From NCBI GenBank assembly GCA_945870655.1, contig CAMBSX010000001.1:7363-71362 (forward strand): 64,000 bases of DNA, read 5' to 3'. Below are positions 8,771-18,457 of this stretch, in pieces (positions within the stretch are counted from its first letter, which is position 1; each line of letters opens with the position of its first letter). Source of the stretch: Chthoniobacter flavus. GTDB taxonomy: Bacteria; Verrucomicrobiota; Verrucomicrobiia; Chthoniobacterales; JACTMZ01. A program made the translations under genes and the position numbers. Below the pieces are notes generated by a model that was given only the letters and a program-made list of their open reading frames with translations, did no database searches and was not told where the DNA came from.

Positions 8771-9472
8771 ATGCGTTTAAACCGTTACCTTGCCCTCTGC
8801 GGGCTCGGGTCCCGCCGTGCCTGCGAGGAAATCATTCTGGCCGGCGGAGTGCGCATCAACGGGCGCGCGGTGCGCGAATTGGCCACGTCGGTCGCCCCGG
8901 GCGACACGGTGGTCGCGAAGGGACGGGTGGTGCGGACCGCCGAAACGCGCTACCTGGCCGTGCACAAGCCGGCGGGTTGTCTGACTTCGCGCGCTTCGCA
9001 AGGCGGCAAGCCGACGCTTTATCAGTTGCTGCCGCCGGAGTTGTCGACTTTGCCGTACGCCGGGCGGCTTGACGCGGAAAGCGAAGGGCTTTTGCTGCTG
9101 ACCAACGACGGTGCTCTGACCCAAGCTTTGACCCATCCTTCGCGGCACGTGGAGAAAGAATATGACGTGGTGCTCGACCGCTCTTTTGACCCGGGCCTCA
9201 TCCCGAAGCTGATCAAGGGAATTTACCTGGAGGAAGGACGGGCCAGAGCGGCACATGTCCACGTCGAAGGCGCCAATAAGGTGCGGGTGGTTCTGACCCA
9301 AGGAATCAACCGCCAGATCCGCCGCATGTTTGCCGCGCTGGGTTACAAGGTGAAGCGTCTGACCAGGACGCGTCTCGGGCCCCTCCGGCTGGGACGCCAA
9401 CCGCGCGGATCGTGGCGGGATTTGTCGGCGAAGGAAGTCGACGCCCTGCGCCGGGCCGCGGGACAGCGTTGA
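8771..9472 (+). CDS. Pseudouridine synthase, RsuA/RluB family (S4 domain + catalytic domain)
   Basis: ORF 8744..9472 trimmed to ATG 8771 (MRLNRYLALCGLGSRRACEEIILAGGVRINGR, the S4 domain). The catalytic motif is AGRLDAESEGLLLLTNDG. Confidence 0.85.
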   Translation: MRLNRYLALCGLGSRRACEEIILAGGVRINGRAVRELATSVAPGDTVVAKGRVVRTAETRYLAVHKPAGCLTSRASQGGKPTLYQLLPPELSTLPYAGRLDAESEGLLLLTNDGALTQALTHPSRHVEKEYDVVLDRSFDPGLIPKLIKGIYLEEGRARAAHVHVEGANKVRVVLTQGINRQIRRMFAALGYKVKRLTRTRLGPLRLGRQPRGSWRDLSAKEVDALRRAAGQR

Positions 9473-9502
9473 TTTCGCCGGGCGAGCGGCTAAAAGGATT
9501 TT

Positions 9503-9892
9503 ATGCGCCAATGCATCACCTCCGTCCCCGATGGCCCGTCGGCCATCGGTCCTTACTCCCTCGCCGTAGCTGCCGAGGGAAAGTTCCTCTTTGTTTCCGG
9601 CATGACGCCGATGGATCCGACCACCGGCAAGATGTGCGACGGTCCGGTCGGCGAGCAGACCCGCATGGTGCTCGCAAACATGCGCAAGGTTGTCGAGGGA
9701 GCCGGGGCCACACTCGCCGACGTGGTCAGCTGCCGAGTCTTCCTTGCCCAACTGACCGAGAAAAACTTTGCCGAGATGAACGCGGTCTACAAGGAGTTCT
9801 TCGTCGGGGACTATCCGGCCCGCACGACGGTCGGCGCGCAGCTCATGAATATGCTGGTCGAGATCGAGTGTGTCGTGCGGCTTGATACCTGA
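9503..9892 (+). CDS. ridA: RidA/YjgF-family reactive intermediate deaminase
   Basis: 129 aa. GPYSLAVAAEGKFLFVSGMTPMDP ... YPARTTVGAQLMNMLVEIECV is the typical YjgF/RidA fold signature. Confidence 0.85.
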   Translation: MRQCITSVPDGPSAIGPYSLAVAAEGKFLFVSGMTPMDPTTGKMCDGPVGEQTRMVLANMRKVVEGAGATLADVVSCRVFLAQLTEKNFAEMNAVYKEFFVGDYPARTTVGAQLMNMLVEIECVVRLDT

Positions 9893-9923
9893 CCCGTGAC
9901 GCGGGTGGTTCCGCGCGCTACCT

Positions 9924-10970
9924 TTGTCCATGCTCGCCCGCCGATCCAAACGCGCCGTCCTGTCTTTCGCCGGTCTTCTTTTGTTCGTTGCGGTGCTGCT
10001 GGCCGTGACGGGCCGTTATTTTCAAGTGGTCGAGCAAAAGCGCCGACTCGAGGAGGAGAAGGCCACCTTGAAGGAGCGCGAGGAGCTCATCTTCACGGTC
10101 GAGCGGCGCACCGTTGAGCGTGAGCGGCGTTTTCCGGCGGCCGTGGACCCGTGGCTCGTGGCCAGTGTGCCCGCGGAAGTAACGGGGCGGGTCTCGGAGA
10201 TCAAGGTCGAGCCCGGCTCACTCGTGCAGCAGGGTGACCCTCTGGTGCTACTCGATGACGAGATCGCGGCCAGCGATTACCGCCGTGCCTCGGCCAAGCT
10301 CGAGGAATTGCAGCGTCTGCTCGGTGAGGCGGAAATTCTGGGCCAAAACAAGGTCGTTTCTCGAACGCAGGTCGAGTCGGTACGGGCCGAGGCACGGCAG
10401 GCCGATGCGGAGGAGGATGCCACCCGCGCCCGTCTCGAAGACCACACTATCCGTGCTCCTTTCGGGGGATCGGTGGCGGAGCGTCTTGTGCAGGTCGGCG
10501 AGGCGGTCAACGTCAACCAACCGGTCGCGCGCCTCGTTGACACCAGTCGCCTGCGTGTCGTTTTTTATGTCAATGAGCGCGACGTGGCCTCGTTTCCCGC
10601 GGGCGCGACCGTCCGTCTCCGGCTGCCGGCCGCCCCGGGCCGGGTTTACCAGGTCCCGGTGGTCCACGTGGCGCGTGCTTCGGACGAAGCCACACGGCTT
10701 TTTCGGGTCGAGGGGGAGCTGGCCAATGCGGATCTCGCGCTGCGCGGCGGGTTGACCGGAGAGGCCACGGCGACGGTCGCCCTCTACACCGACCAGCTGT
10801 TCATTCCCACCGCGTGCGTTCGTCTCGAGGGGGCGGGCGCCTATGTCTTGCGGGTCCGCGAGGGCGAAGGCGGTCCAGAGAGTGTCCGCATCCAGGTGGG
10901 GGAAGAGGTCGACGGTTTTTACCCGGTGCTCGAGGGGCTGGCCGCCGGGGACCGCCTCCTGGTGCGGTAG
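9924..10970 (+). CDS. Efflux periplasmic adaptor (membrane fusion protein, HlyD/RND-MFP family), orphan
   Basis: It has an N-terminal TM anchor (AVLSFAGLLLFVAVLLAV), a lipoyl/hairpin region (VTGRVSEIKVEPGSLVQQGDPLVLLDD ... coiled coil ... IRAPFGGSVAERLVQVGEAV) and a beta-barrel tail. No pump gene is adjacent. Confidence 0.7.
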   Translation: MSMLARRSKRAVLSFAGLLLFVAVLLAVTGRYFQVVEQKRRLEEEKATLKEREELIFTVERRTVERERRFPAAVDPWLVASVPAEVTGRVSEIKVEPGSLVQQGDPLVLLDDEIAASDYRRASAKLEELQRLLGEAEILGQNKVVSRTQVESVRAEARQADAEEDATRARLEDHTIRAPFGGSVAERLVQVGEAVNVNQPVARLVDTSRLRVVFYVNERDVASFPAGATVRLRLPAAPGRVYQVPVVHVARASDEATRLFRVEGELANADLALRGGLTGEATATVALYTDQLFIPTACVRLEGAGAYVLRVREGEGGPESVRIQVGEEVDGFYPVLEGLAAGDRLLVR

Positions 10971-11019
10971 CGGGATTGACGCGGCGGGCCGGGCGTGGCA
11001 AATAAACGGTTTTTCTCTC

Positions 11020-11091
11020 GCGCGATTAGCTCAGTGGTAGAGCGCTTGCTTCACACGCAAGAAGTCGCAGGTTCGAACCCTGCATCGCGCA
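11020..11091 (+). tRNA. tRNA-Val (anticodon CAC)
   Basis: Hand-folded cloverleaf: acceptor GCGCGAT/ATCGCGC, D-arm GCTC-AGTGGTA-GAGC, anticodon arm CTTGC-TTCACAC-GCAAG (anticodon CAC at 11052-11054), T-arm GCAGG-TTCGAAC-CCTGC, discriminator A. CCA is not encoded. Confidence 0.9.
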
Positions 11092-11095
11092 TGCC

Positions 11096-11124
11096 TTGAC
11101 AGCTCCGGCCGGCCGATTCATATT
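11096..11124 (+). promoter_or_regulatory. Sigma70-like promoter candidate for the nusA operon
   Basis: TTGACA (11096-11101), a 17-nt spacer, then CATATT (11119-11124), directly after the tRNA. This is sequence resemblance only. Confidence 0.35.
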
Positions 11125-11145
11125 TAAGGACAACCTTTTCTGATG

Positions 11146-11173
11146 AAAAGTGGGTTTCGGCCCACTTTTTTTT
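11146..11173 (+). terminator. Intrinsic (rho-independent) terminator or attenuator between tRNA-Val and nusA
   Basis: AAAAGTGGGT-TTCG-GCCCACTTTTTTTT: a GC-rich stem closed by a U-G pair around a UUCG tetraloop, followed by a T8 run. The upstream A4 can extend the stem. It ends 21 nt before the nusA ATG. Confidence 0.7.
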
Positions 11174-11194
11174 ATCCTCAAACCACACACGACC

Positions 11195-12499
11195 ATGAGT
11201 AACGAGCTGCTGACCATGCTGGAGTATTTGGAGCGCGAGCGCGGGATTTCGCGCGACACCTTGTTGCAAGCCATGCAGGAGGCCATTATCAAAGCGGCCG
11301 GCAAGGGCTTCGGGGGTTACACTCGGGAGTTGCGGGTCGAAATCAGCCCGAAGACCGGCAAAATCCGCGGCGTGGCCAATGTCCTTGTCGTCGACAAGGT
11401 GGGCAATCCGCAGGAAGAAATGCTCTTGGCTCGGGCTCAAGTGATCAAACCCGGCGTTCAACCCGGCGACACTCTCGAAGTGGAAGTCGAACCGGCCGCT
11501 TTCGGCCGGATTGCGGCCGGCGTGGCGCGCAATGCCATCATGTCGAGCATCCGCCGTGTCGAGAAGGAGCGGATCTACGAGGAATTCAAGGACCGCGCAG
11601 GTGACATCGTCAGCGGCACGGTGCGCCGTTTCGTCAAGAGCGACGTGATTTTCGACCTTGGCAAATTCGAAGCCGTGATGCCCTCGCGCGAGCGGGTGGT
11701 GACTGAGGATTACAGCGTGGGCGACCGGCTCCGAGCCTACGTCGTCGCGGTGGAGAACGGGAAAGACGGCCCGCAAATCATCCTCTCGCGCAGCCATCCG
11801 AATTTCGTCCGCAAGTTGTTCCAGCTGGAAGTAAGCGAAATTGCCGACGGAACGGTCCAGCTCAAGGGCATTGCCCGGGAAGCCGGCGTGCGCACCAAGG
11901 TCGCGGTGGCCAGTGCGGACAGCAAAGTAGATCCGGTCGGTGCGTGTGTCGGTATGCGCGGCGCGCGCGTCAAGAATATCGTGCGCGAGCTGAACAACGA
12001 GAAAGTCGACATCATCAAGTGGAGCGACGATCCGAAGGAGTTTGTGGTCGAGGCGCTCAAACCGGCCAAGATCAAGTCGATCGAGATCAACGAGGCGGAC
12101 AAACGGGTCAAGGTTTGTGTCGACGAGGATCAACTTTCCATCGCCATCGGCAAGAAGGGCCAAAATGCCCGCCTGACCGCCAAACTGACCGGCTGGGAGG
12201 TGGACATCGAGAAAGACGCATCGAAAGAGCAGGCCTTCGAGAACCAGGTTTCGAGCGCGACCGCGGCTTTCAAATCCCAACTCGGGCTCGACGAGGAGAC
12301 CGCGGCCAAGCTGGTGCAAAACGGCATTCCCAGCCCGCAGGATCTTGTCGCCGGCGGTGTCGAGGCGGCCGATCTGGTCGGCATGCTCGGCATCGATGAG
12401 GCCACGGCCGCCGGAATCGTCGAACGGGCCAAAGGCCTCGAGGCGAAGAAATCAGACCCAGTTGCTCCGGCCCCGGCGGAAGCAACCGCCGCAGAATAA
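11195..12499 (+). CDS. nusA: Transcription termination/antitermination factor NusA
   Basis: ORF 11150..12499 trimmed to ATG 11195 (MSNELLTMLEYLERERGISRDTLLQAMQEAI). It has S1 and two KH domains (ACVGMRGARVKNIVRELNNEKVDII; SIAIGKKGQNARLTAKLTGW) and sits upstream of infB. Confidence 0.95.
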   Translation: MSNELLTMLEYLERERGISRDTLLQAMQEAIIKAAGKGFGGYTRELRVEISPKTGKIRGVANVLVVDKVGNPQEEMLLARAQVIKPGVQPGDTLEVEVEPAAFGRIAAGVARNAIMSSIRRVEKERIYEEFKDRAGDIVSGTVRRFVKSDVIFDLGKFEAVMPSRERVVTEDYSVGDRLRAYVVAVENGKDGPQIILSRSHPNFVRKLFQLEVSEIADGTVQLKGIAREAGVRTKVAVASADSKVDPVGACVGMRGARVKNIVRELNNEKVDIIKWSDDPKEFVVEALKPAKIKSIEINEADKRVKVCVDEDQLSIAIGKKGQNARLTAKLTGWEVDIEKDASKEQAFENQVSSATAAFKSQLGLDEETAAKLVQNGIPSPQDLVAGGVEAADLVGMLGIDEATAAGIVERAKGLEAKKSDPVAPAPAEATAAE

Positions 12500-12501
12500 T
12501 T

Positions 12502-14547
12502 TTGTCCACCAACCGCATGCCCGCCAAAGCGCCCGTCACCAAAAAGCCCGCCGCGAGAAAGCCCGCGGCGAAGCCGGCGCTCTCCTCTTCCAAGTCCGCG
12601 ACCGAAGTCAAACCGGCCAAGCCCAAGCCGGCGCCCAAGACCCCGGTCGAGGTCCTCTCGCTCATCGACGAGAAGCCCAAGAAGAAGTCTCTCCCAGATG
12701 CTGCTTCCGTCCCGCCGCCCGTCCCGCCGGCGGCCGACGCGGTGGAGTTGACCGAGGACGGCAAACAAATCATCAACATCAAGCCGCCGATTGTGGTCAA
12801 AGACCTCGCCGCGGCCCTCGGCATCAAGCCCTTTGTGGTGATCAAAGATCTGATGGAGGCGAACATCTTCGCCAATTTGAACCAAACGATCGAGCCGGCT
12901 GTCGCCGCGCAGGTTTGCGAGAAGCACGGTTTTGTTTTCGAGAAAGAAAAGCGCCAAACCGGGGCCGGCGTGCACAAGGCCGAGCCGGTGGTCGCCCCGC
13001 CATCCGAACCCGCCGCCGTGGTGGCCGCAGACGAACTCGAATCGCGCCCGCCGGTCATCACCTTCATGGGGCATGTCGACCACGGCAAGACGTCGCTCAT
13101 GGACTTCATCCGCAAGGCCCGCGTGGCGGCGGGGGAAGCCGGTGGCATCACGCAGCATATCGGTGCTTACTCCGTGGACCATGGCGGGCACAAAATCACT
13201 TTTCTCGACACGCCCGGCCACGCGGCCTTCACCGCGATGCGGGCCCGCGGGGCCAATGTCACCGACATTGTGGTGCTCGTTGTCGCGGCCGATGACGGCA
13301 TCATGCCCCAGACCGAAGAGGCCATCAGCCATGCCAAAGCCGCCGGGGTGACCATCATTGTCGCGGTGAACAAGACCGATTTGCCGGCGGCCAACGTCGA
13401 TCGCGTGAAACAACAACTGCAGGAGCACGAGCTTTCTCCAGAGGACTGGGGCGGCTCAACCATCGTTTGTCCGGTTTCCGCGACCAAAGGCCTCGGCATC
13501 GACCACCTCTTGGAAATGATGAATTTGCAGGCCGAGGTCCTCGAACTCAAAGCAAGCCCGAAGGTACCGGCGCGTGCCACCATCATTGAGGCCGAGATGG
13601 AGCCGGGCCGCGGGCCGACGGCCACGGTCATTGTAAAAATGGGCACCCTCAAGGTCGGCCAGGCCTTTCTCTGCGGGATGCAGTGGGGAAAAGTCAAATC
13701 CCTCATCGACGATCTCGGAAAGCCGGTGAAGCAAGTCGGCCCGGGCATGCCGGTGAAAATCCTTGGCTTCGACGGCCTGCCCAAGGCGGGCGATGAGCTC
13801 ATGGTCATGGATTCCGACCGTGCCGCGCGCACCCTGAGCGAGGAGCGTAAGGAAGAAGAGCGCAAGGAGAAGCTGGCCGCCCCGCAGCGGGCGACGCTGG
13901 AAAGCCTGTTCGACGACCTCGCGGCCGACCAGCGCAAGTCCCTGCGCGTCGTGCTCAAGGCCGACGTGCAAGGCTCGCTCGAGGCGCTGGTCCAGGCTCT
14001 CGGTGAGATCAAAGCCAAACAGATCGACCTGGACATCATCCACGCCGCAGTCGGCCCGATCAGCGAGTCCGACATTCTCCTCGCCACGGCCTCCGATGCC
14101 ATTGTCGTCGGCTTCGGGGTCAAAACGGAGAACAGTGCGGCGACGGCCGCGAAGCGGGAGGGCGTGCAGATCAAACTTTACTCGATCATTTATGAGTTGA
14201 TCGACCAACTCAAAGAGGCCATGGCCGGTTTGCTCGAGCCGGAACTTCGCGAAAACGTCATCGGCCACGCCGAGGTGCGGCAGGTTTTCGATCTGACCAA
14301 GGGTATCGTGGCCGGGTGCATGGTGACCGATGGCCGCATCCTGCGCACTGCGCGGGCCCGCGTGCTGCGCCGCAAGCAGCCGATTTACGACGGGGGCATT
14401 TCCACTTTGCGCCGGTTCAAGGACGATGTGAAGGAAGTGCGCAATGGTTTCGAGTGCGGGATCAAGCTTGGCGACTACGAGGAATATGAAGCCGGTGACA
14501 TCATCGAGGCTTATACCCTCGAGAAAGTCGCCCAGAAACTCGAGTGA
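12502..14547 (+). CDS. infB: Translation initiation factor IF-2
   Basis: GTPase motifs: [27 protein letters not shown]. It has a Pro/Lys-rich N-terminus. The start is TTG 12502 or ATG 12517. Confidence 0.95.
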   Translation: MSTNRMPAKAPVTKKPAARKPAAKPALSSSKSATEVKPAKPKPAPKTPVEVLSLIDEKPKKKSLPDAASVPPPVPPAADAVELTEDGKQIINIKPPIVVKDLAAALGIKPFVVIKDLMEANIFANLNQTIEPAVAAQVCEKHGFVFEKEKRQTGAGVHKAEPVVAPPSEPAAVVAADELESRPPVITFMGHVDHGKTSLMDFIRKARVAAGEAGGITQHIGAYSVDHGGHKITFLDTPGHAAFTAMRARGANVTDIVVLVVAADDGIMPQTEEAISHAKAAGVTIIVAVNKTDLPAANVDRVKQQLQEHELSPEDWGGSTIVCPVSATKGLGIDHLLEMMNLQAEVLELKASPKVPARATIIEAEMEPGRGPTATVIVKMGTLKVGQAFLCGMQWGKVKSLIDDLGKPVKQVGPGMPVKILGFDGLPKAGDELMVMDSDRAARTLSEERKEEERKEKLAAPQRATLESLFDDLAADQRKSLRVVLKADVQGSLEALVQALGEIKAKQIDLDIIHAAVGPISESDILLATASDAIVVGFGVKTENSAATAAKREGVQIKLYSIIYELIDQLKEAMAGLLEPELRENVIGHAEVRQVFDLTKGIVAGCMVTDGRILRTARARVLRRKQPIYDGGISTLRRFKDDVKEVRNGFECGIKLGDYEEYEAGDIIEAYTLEKVAQKLE

Positions 14548-14600
14548 CCTCGAGTGGATGGGTGTCCCGCATCCCGACCGCTCAAACCTCAACTGCCGAG

Positions 14601-14957
14601 ATGAAAAACCGTCTGGTCCGCGTGGCCGAAATTCTCAAGCGCGAGCTGAGCATGGTCGTTCTCCGCGAAGTGCCCGCCGGGGGTTCCCTCATCACGGTCA
14701 ACTCCGTGGACGTTTCTCCCGACCTGCGCAACGCGATTGTTTTTGTCGGTGTGATGGGAACCGCCGCGCAGCAGAAGCAGGCCTTGGAACGTTTGGAGAA
14801 CAGCCGGCGCTTGCTCCAAGCCGAGGTGGCCAAGCGTGTGGTCCTCAAATTTACCCCACACCTGCACTTCAAACTGGACGCCTCAATTGAGCGCGGGTCC
14901 CGGGTGCTCGACATTCTCGAGGAACTGGGAGTCGATGGGGAGGAGTCCGAGGGATGA
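14601..14957 (+). CDS. rbfA: Ribosome-binding factor A
   Basis: ORF 14544..14957 trimmed to ATG 14601 (MKNRLVRVAEILKRELSMVV ... ITVNSVDVSPDLRNAIVFV ... TPHLHFKLD). Confidence 0.9.
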   Translation: MKNRLVRVAEILKRELSMVVLREVPAGGSLITVNSVDVSPDLRNAIVFVGVMGTAAQQKQALERLENSRRLLQAEVAKRVVLKFTPHLHFKLDASIERGSRVLDILEELGVDGEESEG

Positions 14958-15946
14958 GCTGTGGAATGGACACCACCTTCGGCCAGATCAAGCACACGCT
15001 CGATGCGGCCACCCGCATCCTGGTCTCCTCTCACGTGCGGCCGGATGCCGATGCTTACGGGTCGGCTATCGCCATGGCGCTGCACCTCAAGGCCCAGGGG
15101 AAGAATGTCACCCTTTGGAATGAGGAGGGATTGACGCAAAAATTCACCTATCTCCCGGAGAGCACTCTCGTTGAGGCGCCTCCGGACCACGGGAAGCATG
15201 ATTTTGACGTCTTCGTTGCGCTCGACACATCGACCAAGGAGCGACTGGGCCGCGTGCTCAAGGCCGCAGGGCAGGTGACCACATGGATCAATATCGACCA
15301 TCACGTGAGCAATCACCGTTATGCGGATTTGAACTACATCGACGACACTGCACCGGCGACCGGCCAGATTCTTTACGATTACCTTGTCGAAACGGGGGGC
15401 ACCATCACCCCGGCCATCGCCGCTAATCTGTACGCGGCGATTTCCACGGATACCGGGTCGTTTCAATACGGCAAAACTTCACCGCACACTTTCCGGCTGG
15501 CGGCGGATTTGGTCGAGAAGGGGGTGGATGTTCCCGAACTGTCCCGCCAAATGTATGACAGCTACCCGCGCCGCCGTCTCGAGTTGCTCAAAGCGTTGCT
15601 TAATTCGGCGCGCTTCGGCTGCGACGAGCGCGTAGCCAGTTTCAGTCTTTCCAGGGAAACCGCGAAGAACCTTGCTGTCCGACCGGAGGACAACGAGGGG
15701 TTGATCGATCACCTCCGGGCAGTCGATGGGGTTCAGGTGGCGGTTTTCTTCGAGGAGCTTCCGGAGAACAAGGTGCGCGTCAGCATGCGCTCGAAAGAGC
15801 CGCGCTTTGACGTCTGTAAAATTTGCGGCCTTTTCGGCGGCGGCGGGCATCCGCAAGCTGCCGGCGCCCGCTTGTCTGGTCCGCTGGAGGCAGCGGAAGA
15901 AAAGGTACTGGAGGCCATTTGCCATGAAATCCGAAGCCATGATTGA
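14954..15946 (+). CDS. nrnA: DHH/DHHA1 phosphoesterase (NrnA-like oligoribonuclease/pAp phosphatase)
   Basis: Motifs: SHVRPDADAYGS, NIDHHVSN (DHH), and the DHHA1 motif FGGGGHPQAAGA. The start overlaps the rbfA stop. Confidence 0.8.
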   Translation: MSCGMDTTFGQIKHTLDAATRILVSSHVRPDADAYGSAIAMALHLKAQGKNVTLWNEEGLTQKFTYLPESTLVEAPPDHGKHDFDVFVALDTSTKERLGRVLKAAGQVTTWINIDHHVSNHRYADLNYIDDTAPATGQILYDYLVETGGTITPAIAANLYAAISTDTGSFQYGKTSPHTFRLAADLVEKGVDVPELSRQMYDSYPRRRLELLKALLNSARFGCDERVASFSLSRETAKNLAVRPEDNEGLIDHLRAVDGVQVAVFFEELPENKVRVSMRSKEPRFDVCKICGLFGGGGHPQAAGARLSGPLEAAEEKVLEAICHEIRSHD

Positions 15947-16646
15947 CGGCGTACTCCTCGTCGACAAAGCCCCCGGCATGACCTCGCATGACGTGGTGGC
16001 GATTACCCGCCGGGTGCTCAACACCCGCAAAGTCGGTCACTGCGGCACGCTCGACCCTCTGGCCACCGGCTTGCTCATCATCACGATCGGTCGCGGCACG
16101 AAAATCCAGGATCTTCTCATGAGCGAGGACAAGGAGTATGTCGGCACCATCTGCCTCGGACAGACCACCACGAGCCAAGATGCCGATGGCGCGGTGCTCG
16201 AGGAAAAGCCGGTCCCGGAGGTGACGCGCGAGAAGCTCGATGAAATCTTCGCCGGCTTCCATGGAGATTTTTACCAGACGCCGCCCATGGTCTCGGCAAT
16301 CAAAAAGGATGGGGTGCCTCTTTATAAGTTGGCGCGGCAGGGAAAAACGGTGGAGCGGGAACCCCGCTTGGTCCACATCTACGGCCACGAGATTCTCAAT
16401 GTTGACTTGCCCGAAGTGGAGTTCCGCGTGGTCTGCAGCAAGGGGTTTTATGTACGCACTTATGCGCACGATATCGGCCAACTTCTCGGCTGCGGCGGCC
16501 ATCTGAAGGCCCTCCGCCGGACGGCGTCCGGCAAGTTCCGGGCGGATGGTGTGCTCACGGTCGAAGAATTGCGCACCTGGCCGCTGGAGCAGGTCAGAGC
16601 CAGGGTGATGAGCCTGCCGGAAGTGTCCCGTTTGCGCGGGGTCTGA
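15924..16646 (+). CDS. truB: tRNA pseudouridine(55) synthase TruB
   Basis: The tail of ORF 15726..16646. GVLLVDKAPGMTSHDVV ... KVGHCGTLDPLATGLL (catalytic Asp motif). The start is ATG 15924 or ATG 15939 (the latter overlaps the nrnA stop). Confidence 0.9.
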   Translation: MKSEAMIDGVLLVDKAPGMTSHDVVAITRRVLNTRKVGHCGTLDPLATGLLIITIGRGTKIQDLLMSEDKEYVGTICLGQTTTSQDADGAVLEEKPVPEVTREKLDEIFAGFHGDFYQTPPMVSAIKKDGVPLYKLARQGKTVEREPRLVHIYGHEILNVDLPEVEFRVVCSKGFYVRTYAHDIGQLLGCGGHLKALRRTASGKFRADGVLTVEELRTWPLEQVRARVMSLPEVSRLRGV

Positions 16647-16651
16647 GCGGC

Positions 16652-17554
16652 ATGGAGGTCCTCCACGATTTGGAGTCGTTGCGGTCCTTGCCGGGGCCGG
16701 TTTATCTGGCCATCGGAATTTTTGACGGCTTGCACCGCGGCCACCGTGCGCTGATCGAGGAGGCGCAAGCCGATGCGAAGAAGACCGGTGGCACGGCTGT
16801 GGTCATGACCTTCGAGCCTCATCCCATGATGTTTTTTCAGCGCGGCGATCCCCCTCTGCGTCTTTCCACCCCACGGCACAAGGAACTGCTCCTCCGGCGC
16901 CAAGGTGTGAGCCACCTCGTCGTGTTGCCCTTCGCAGCAGCCCTCGCGGGCCAGACCGCCGAGGAATTTGTCGGTGATTTGCGGGCCGCGTGTCATCCGC
17001 TCGGTGGCGTGGTGGTCGGGGCTGACTGGAAATTCGGCCGAGGGCGCGGCGGTGATGTGGCTTTGCTCAAGCGTATGGGTGGATTCGAGGTGGATGGAAT
17101 TCCGGCTGTGACCATCGCGGGAAAACCGATTTCCAGCACGTCGATCCGTCTGGCCGTGGCGCGGGGCGATTTGGCCTTTGCCGCGGAGGCCTTGGGGCGT
17201 CCTTACGCGGTGTTCGGCCAGGTCGTGCCCGGCCGCAAGCTCGGGCGGCAGATCGGTTTTCCCACCGCCAACCTTGAAACGGACGGTTTCCAATTGCCCC
17301 CGGACGGTGTTTATGCCGTGCGGGTCCGGATGGGGGAGGAGTGCTTTGCCGGGGTGGCTAACCTGGGTGTGCGGCCGACGGTATCTCCGGGGGAGAGGCG
17401 CTTGCTTGAAGTGCATTTGTTGGGGTTCGAGGGCGCACTTTACGGCCAGGATATCGAGGTGGAGTTCTCCCGATTTTTGCGGGGGGAGAGGAGGTTCCGT
17501 TCGGTCGAAGCGTTGCGGGAGCAGATCGGGCGGGATGTCGAGGCAGCACGTTGA
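16652..17554 (+). CDS. ribF: Bifunctional riboflavin kinase / FMN adenylyltransferase
   Basis: LAIGIFDGLHRGHRALI (FAD synthetase nucleotidyltransferase motif). The C-terminal riboflavin kinase region reads GRKLGRQIGFPTANL ... GVYAVRV ... LEVHLLGFEGALYGQDIEVEF. Confidence 0.9.
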   Translation: MEVLHDLESLRSLPGPVYLAIGIFDGLHRGHRALIEEAQADAKKTGGTAVVMTFEPHPMMFFQRGDPPLRLSTPRHKELLLRRQGVSHLVVLPFAAALAGQTAEEFVGDLRAACHPLGGVVVGADWKFGRGRGGDVALLKRMGGFEVDGIPAVTIAGKPISSTSIRLAVARGDLAFAAEALGRPYAVFGQVVPGRKLGRQIGFPTANLETDGFQLPPDGVYAVRVRMGEECFAGVANLGVRPTVSPGERRLLEVHLLGFEGALYGQDIEVEFSRFLRGERRFRSVEALREQIGRDVEAAR

Positions 17555-17708
17555 GAAAAGCTGTGGGGGGACGCCCGGGTTGGGGGTTGAGTTCGGGGAT
17601 GACGACAGATCGGACGGATCAGGCGCGAAGGGCGGGTGGCTTGCTTCGCTGTCGCGCCGGGCGACCTAGAGCGAAGGCCAAGGCCGAGGGCGGAGCTAAA
17701 ATGAACCC

Positions 17709-18455
17709 TTACAACGGGTATCTGGCGCAGAGGGCCTTCATTTCGGCCACGGCGTCGGCCAGTCCGGTGAAGAGCGCACGGGAGATGATGGCGTGCCCGA
17801 TGTTGAGTTCCGCCATGAAGGGAACAACGAAGAGTTCACTCACATTCTGGTAGTTGAGCCCGTGTCCGGCGTTGACGCGGAGTCCTAGCTCGTGGGCCTG
17901 TGTGGCGCCCGCGACCAACCGTTGCAATTCGCGACTACGGGCACTGCCCGTTGCATTGGCGAACGCCCCAGTGTGAAGCTCGATGTAATCGGCTCGGAGG
18001 TCGGCGGCTGCGCAGATCTGGTCGGGATCGGGGTCAATGAACAAACTGACCACCGTTCCGAGATCGCGAAGTTTGCCCACGGTCGTCTGCAGGGCTGTCT
18101 GGTGGGCGAGACAATCCAGCCCGCCTTCAGTCGTGATCTCGTGGCGGTTTTCGGGGACAAGGCAGACGTCGTGGGCTTTGACTTGGAGTGCGATGGCCAC
18201 GATTTCCGGCGCGTTACCCATTTCGAGGTTGAGTTTGGTGCGGAGCGATTCCTTGAGCCGGAAGATGTCGCGGTCTTGCATGTGCCGCCGATCTTCGCGC
18301 AAGTGTGCGGTGATGCCGTCGGCTCCGGCTTTCTCGGCGATAAGAGCTGCCTCGACCGGATCGGGCTCGGCCAGGAGGCCAACCGGGTCGCGAGCGTAGC
18401 GGGCCTGCCGCAAAGTGGCGGCGTGGTCGATATTGACGCCGAGGCGGAGGGGCAT
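17709..18455 (-). CDS. pdxJ: Pyridoxine 5'-phosphate synthase
   Basis: ORF 17709..18512 trimmed to ATG 18455 (MPLRLGVNIDHAATLRQAR ... GITAHLREDRRH ... LNLEMG ... CLVPE ... ELHTG ... NAGHGLNY). Confidence 0.95.
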   Translation of the reverse strand: MPLRLGVNIDHAATLRQARYARDPVGLLAEPDPVEAALIAEKAGADGITAHLREDRRHMQDRDIFRLKESLRTKLNLEMGNAPEIVAIALQVKAHDVCLVPENRHEITTEGGLDCLAHQTALQTTVGKLRDLGTVVSLFIDPDPDQICAAADLRADYIELHTGAFANATGSARSRELQRLVAGATQAHELGLRVNAGHGLNYQNVSELFVVPFMAELNIGHAIISRALFTGLADAVAEMKALCARYPL

Positions 18456-18457
18456 GG

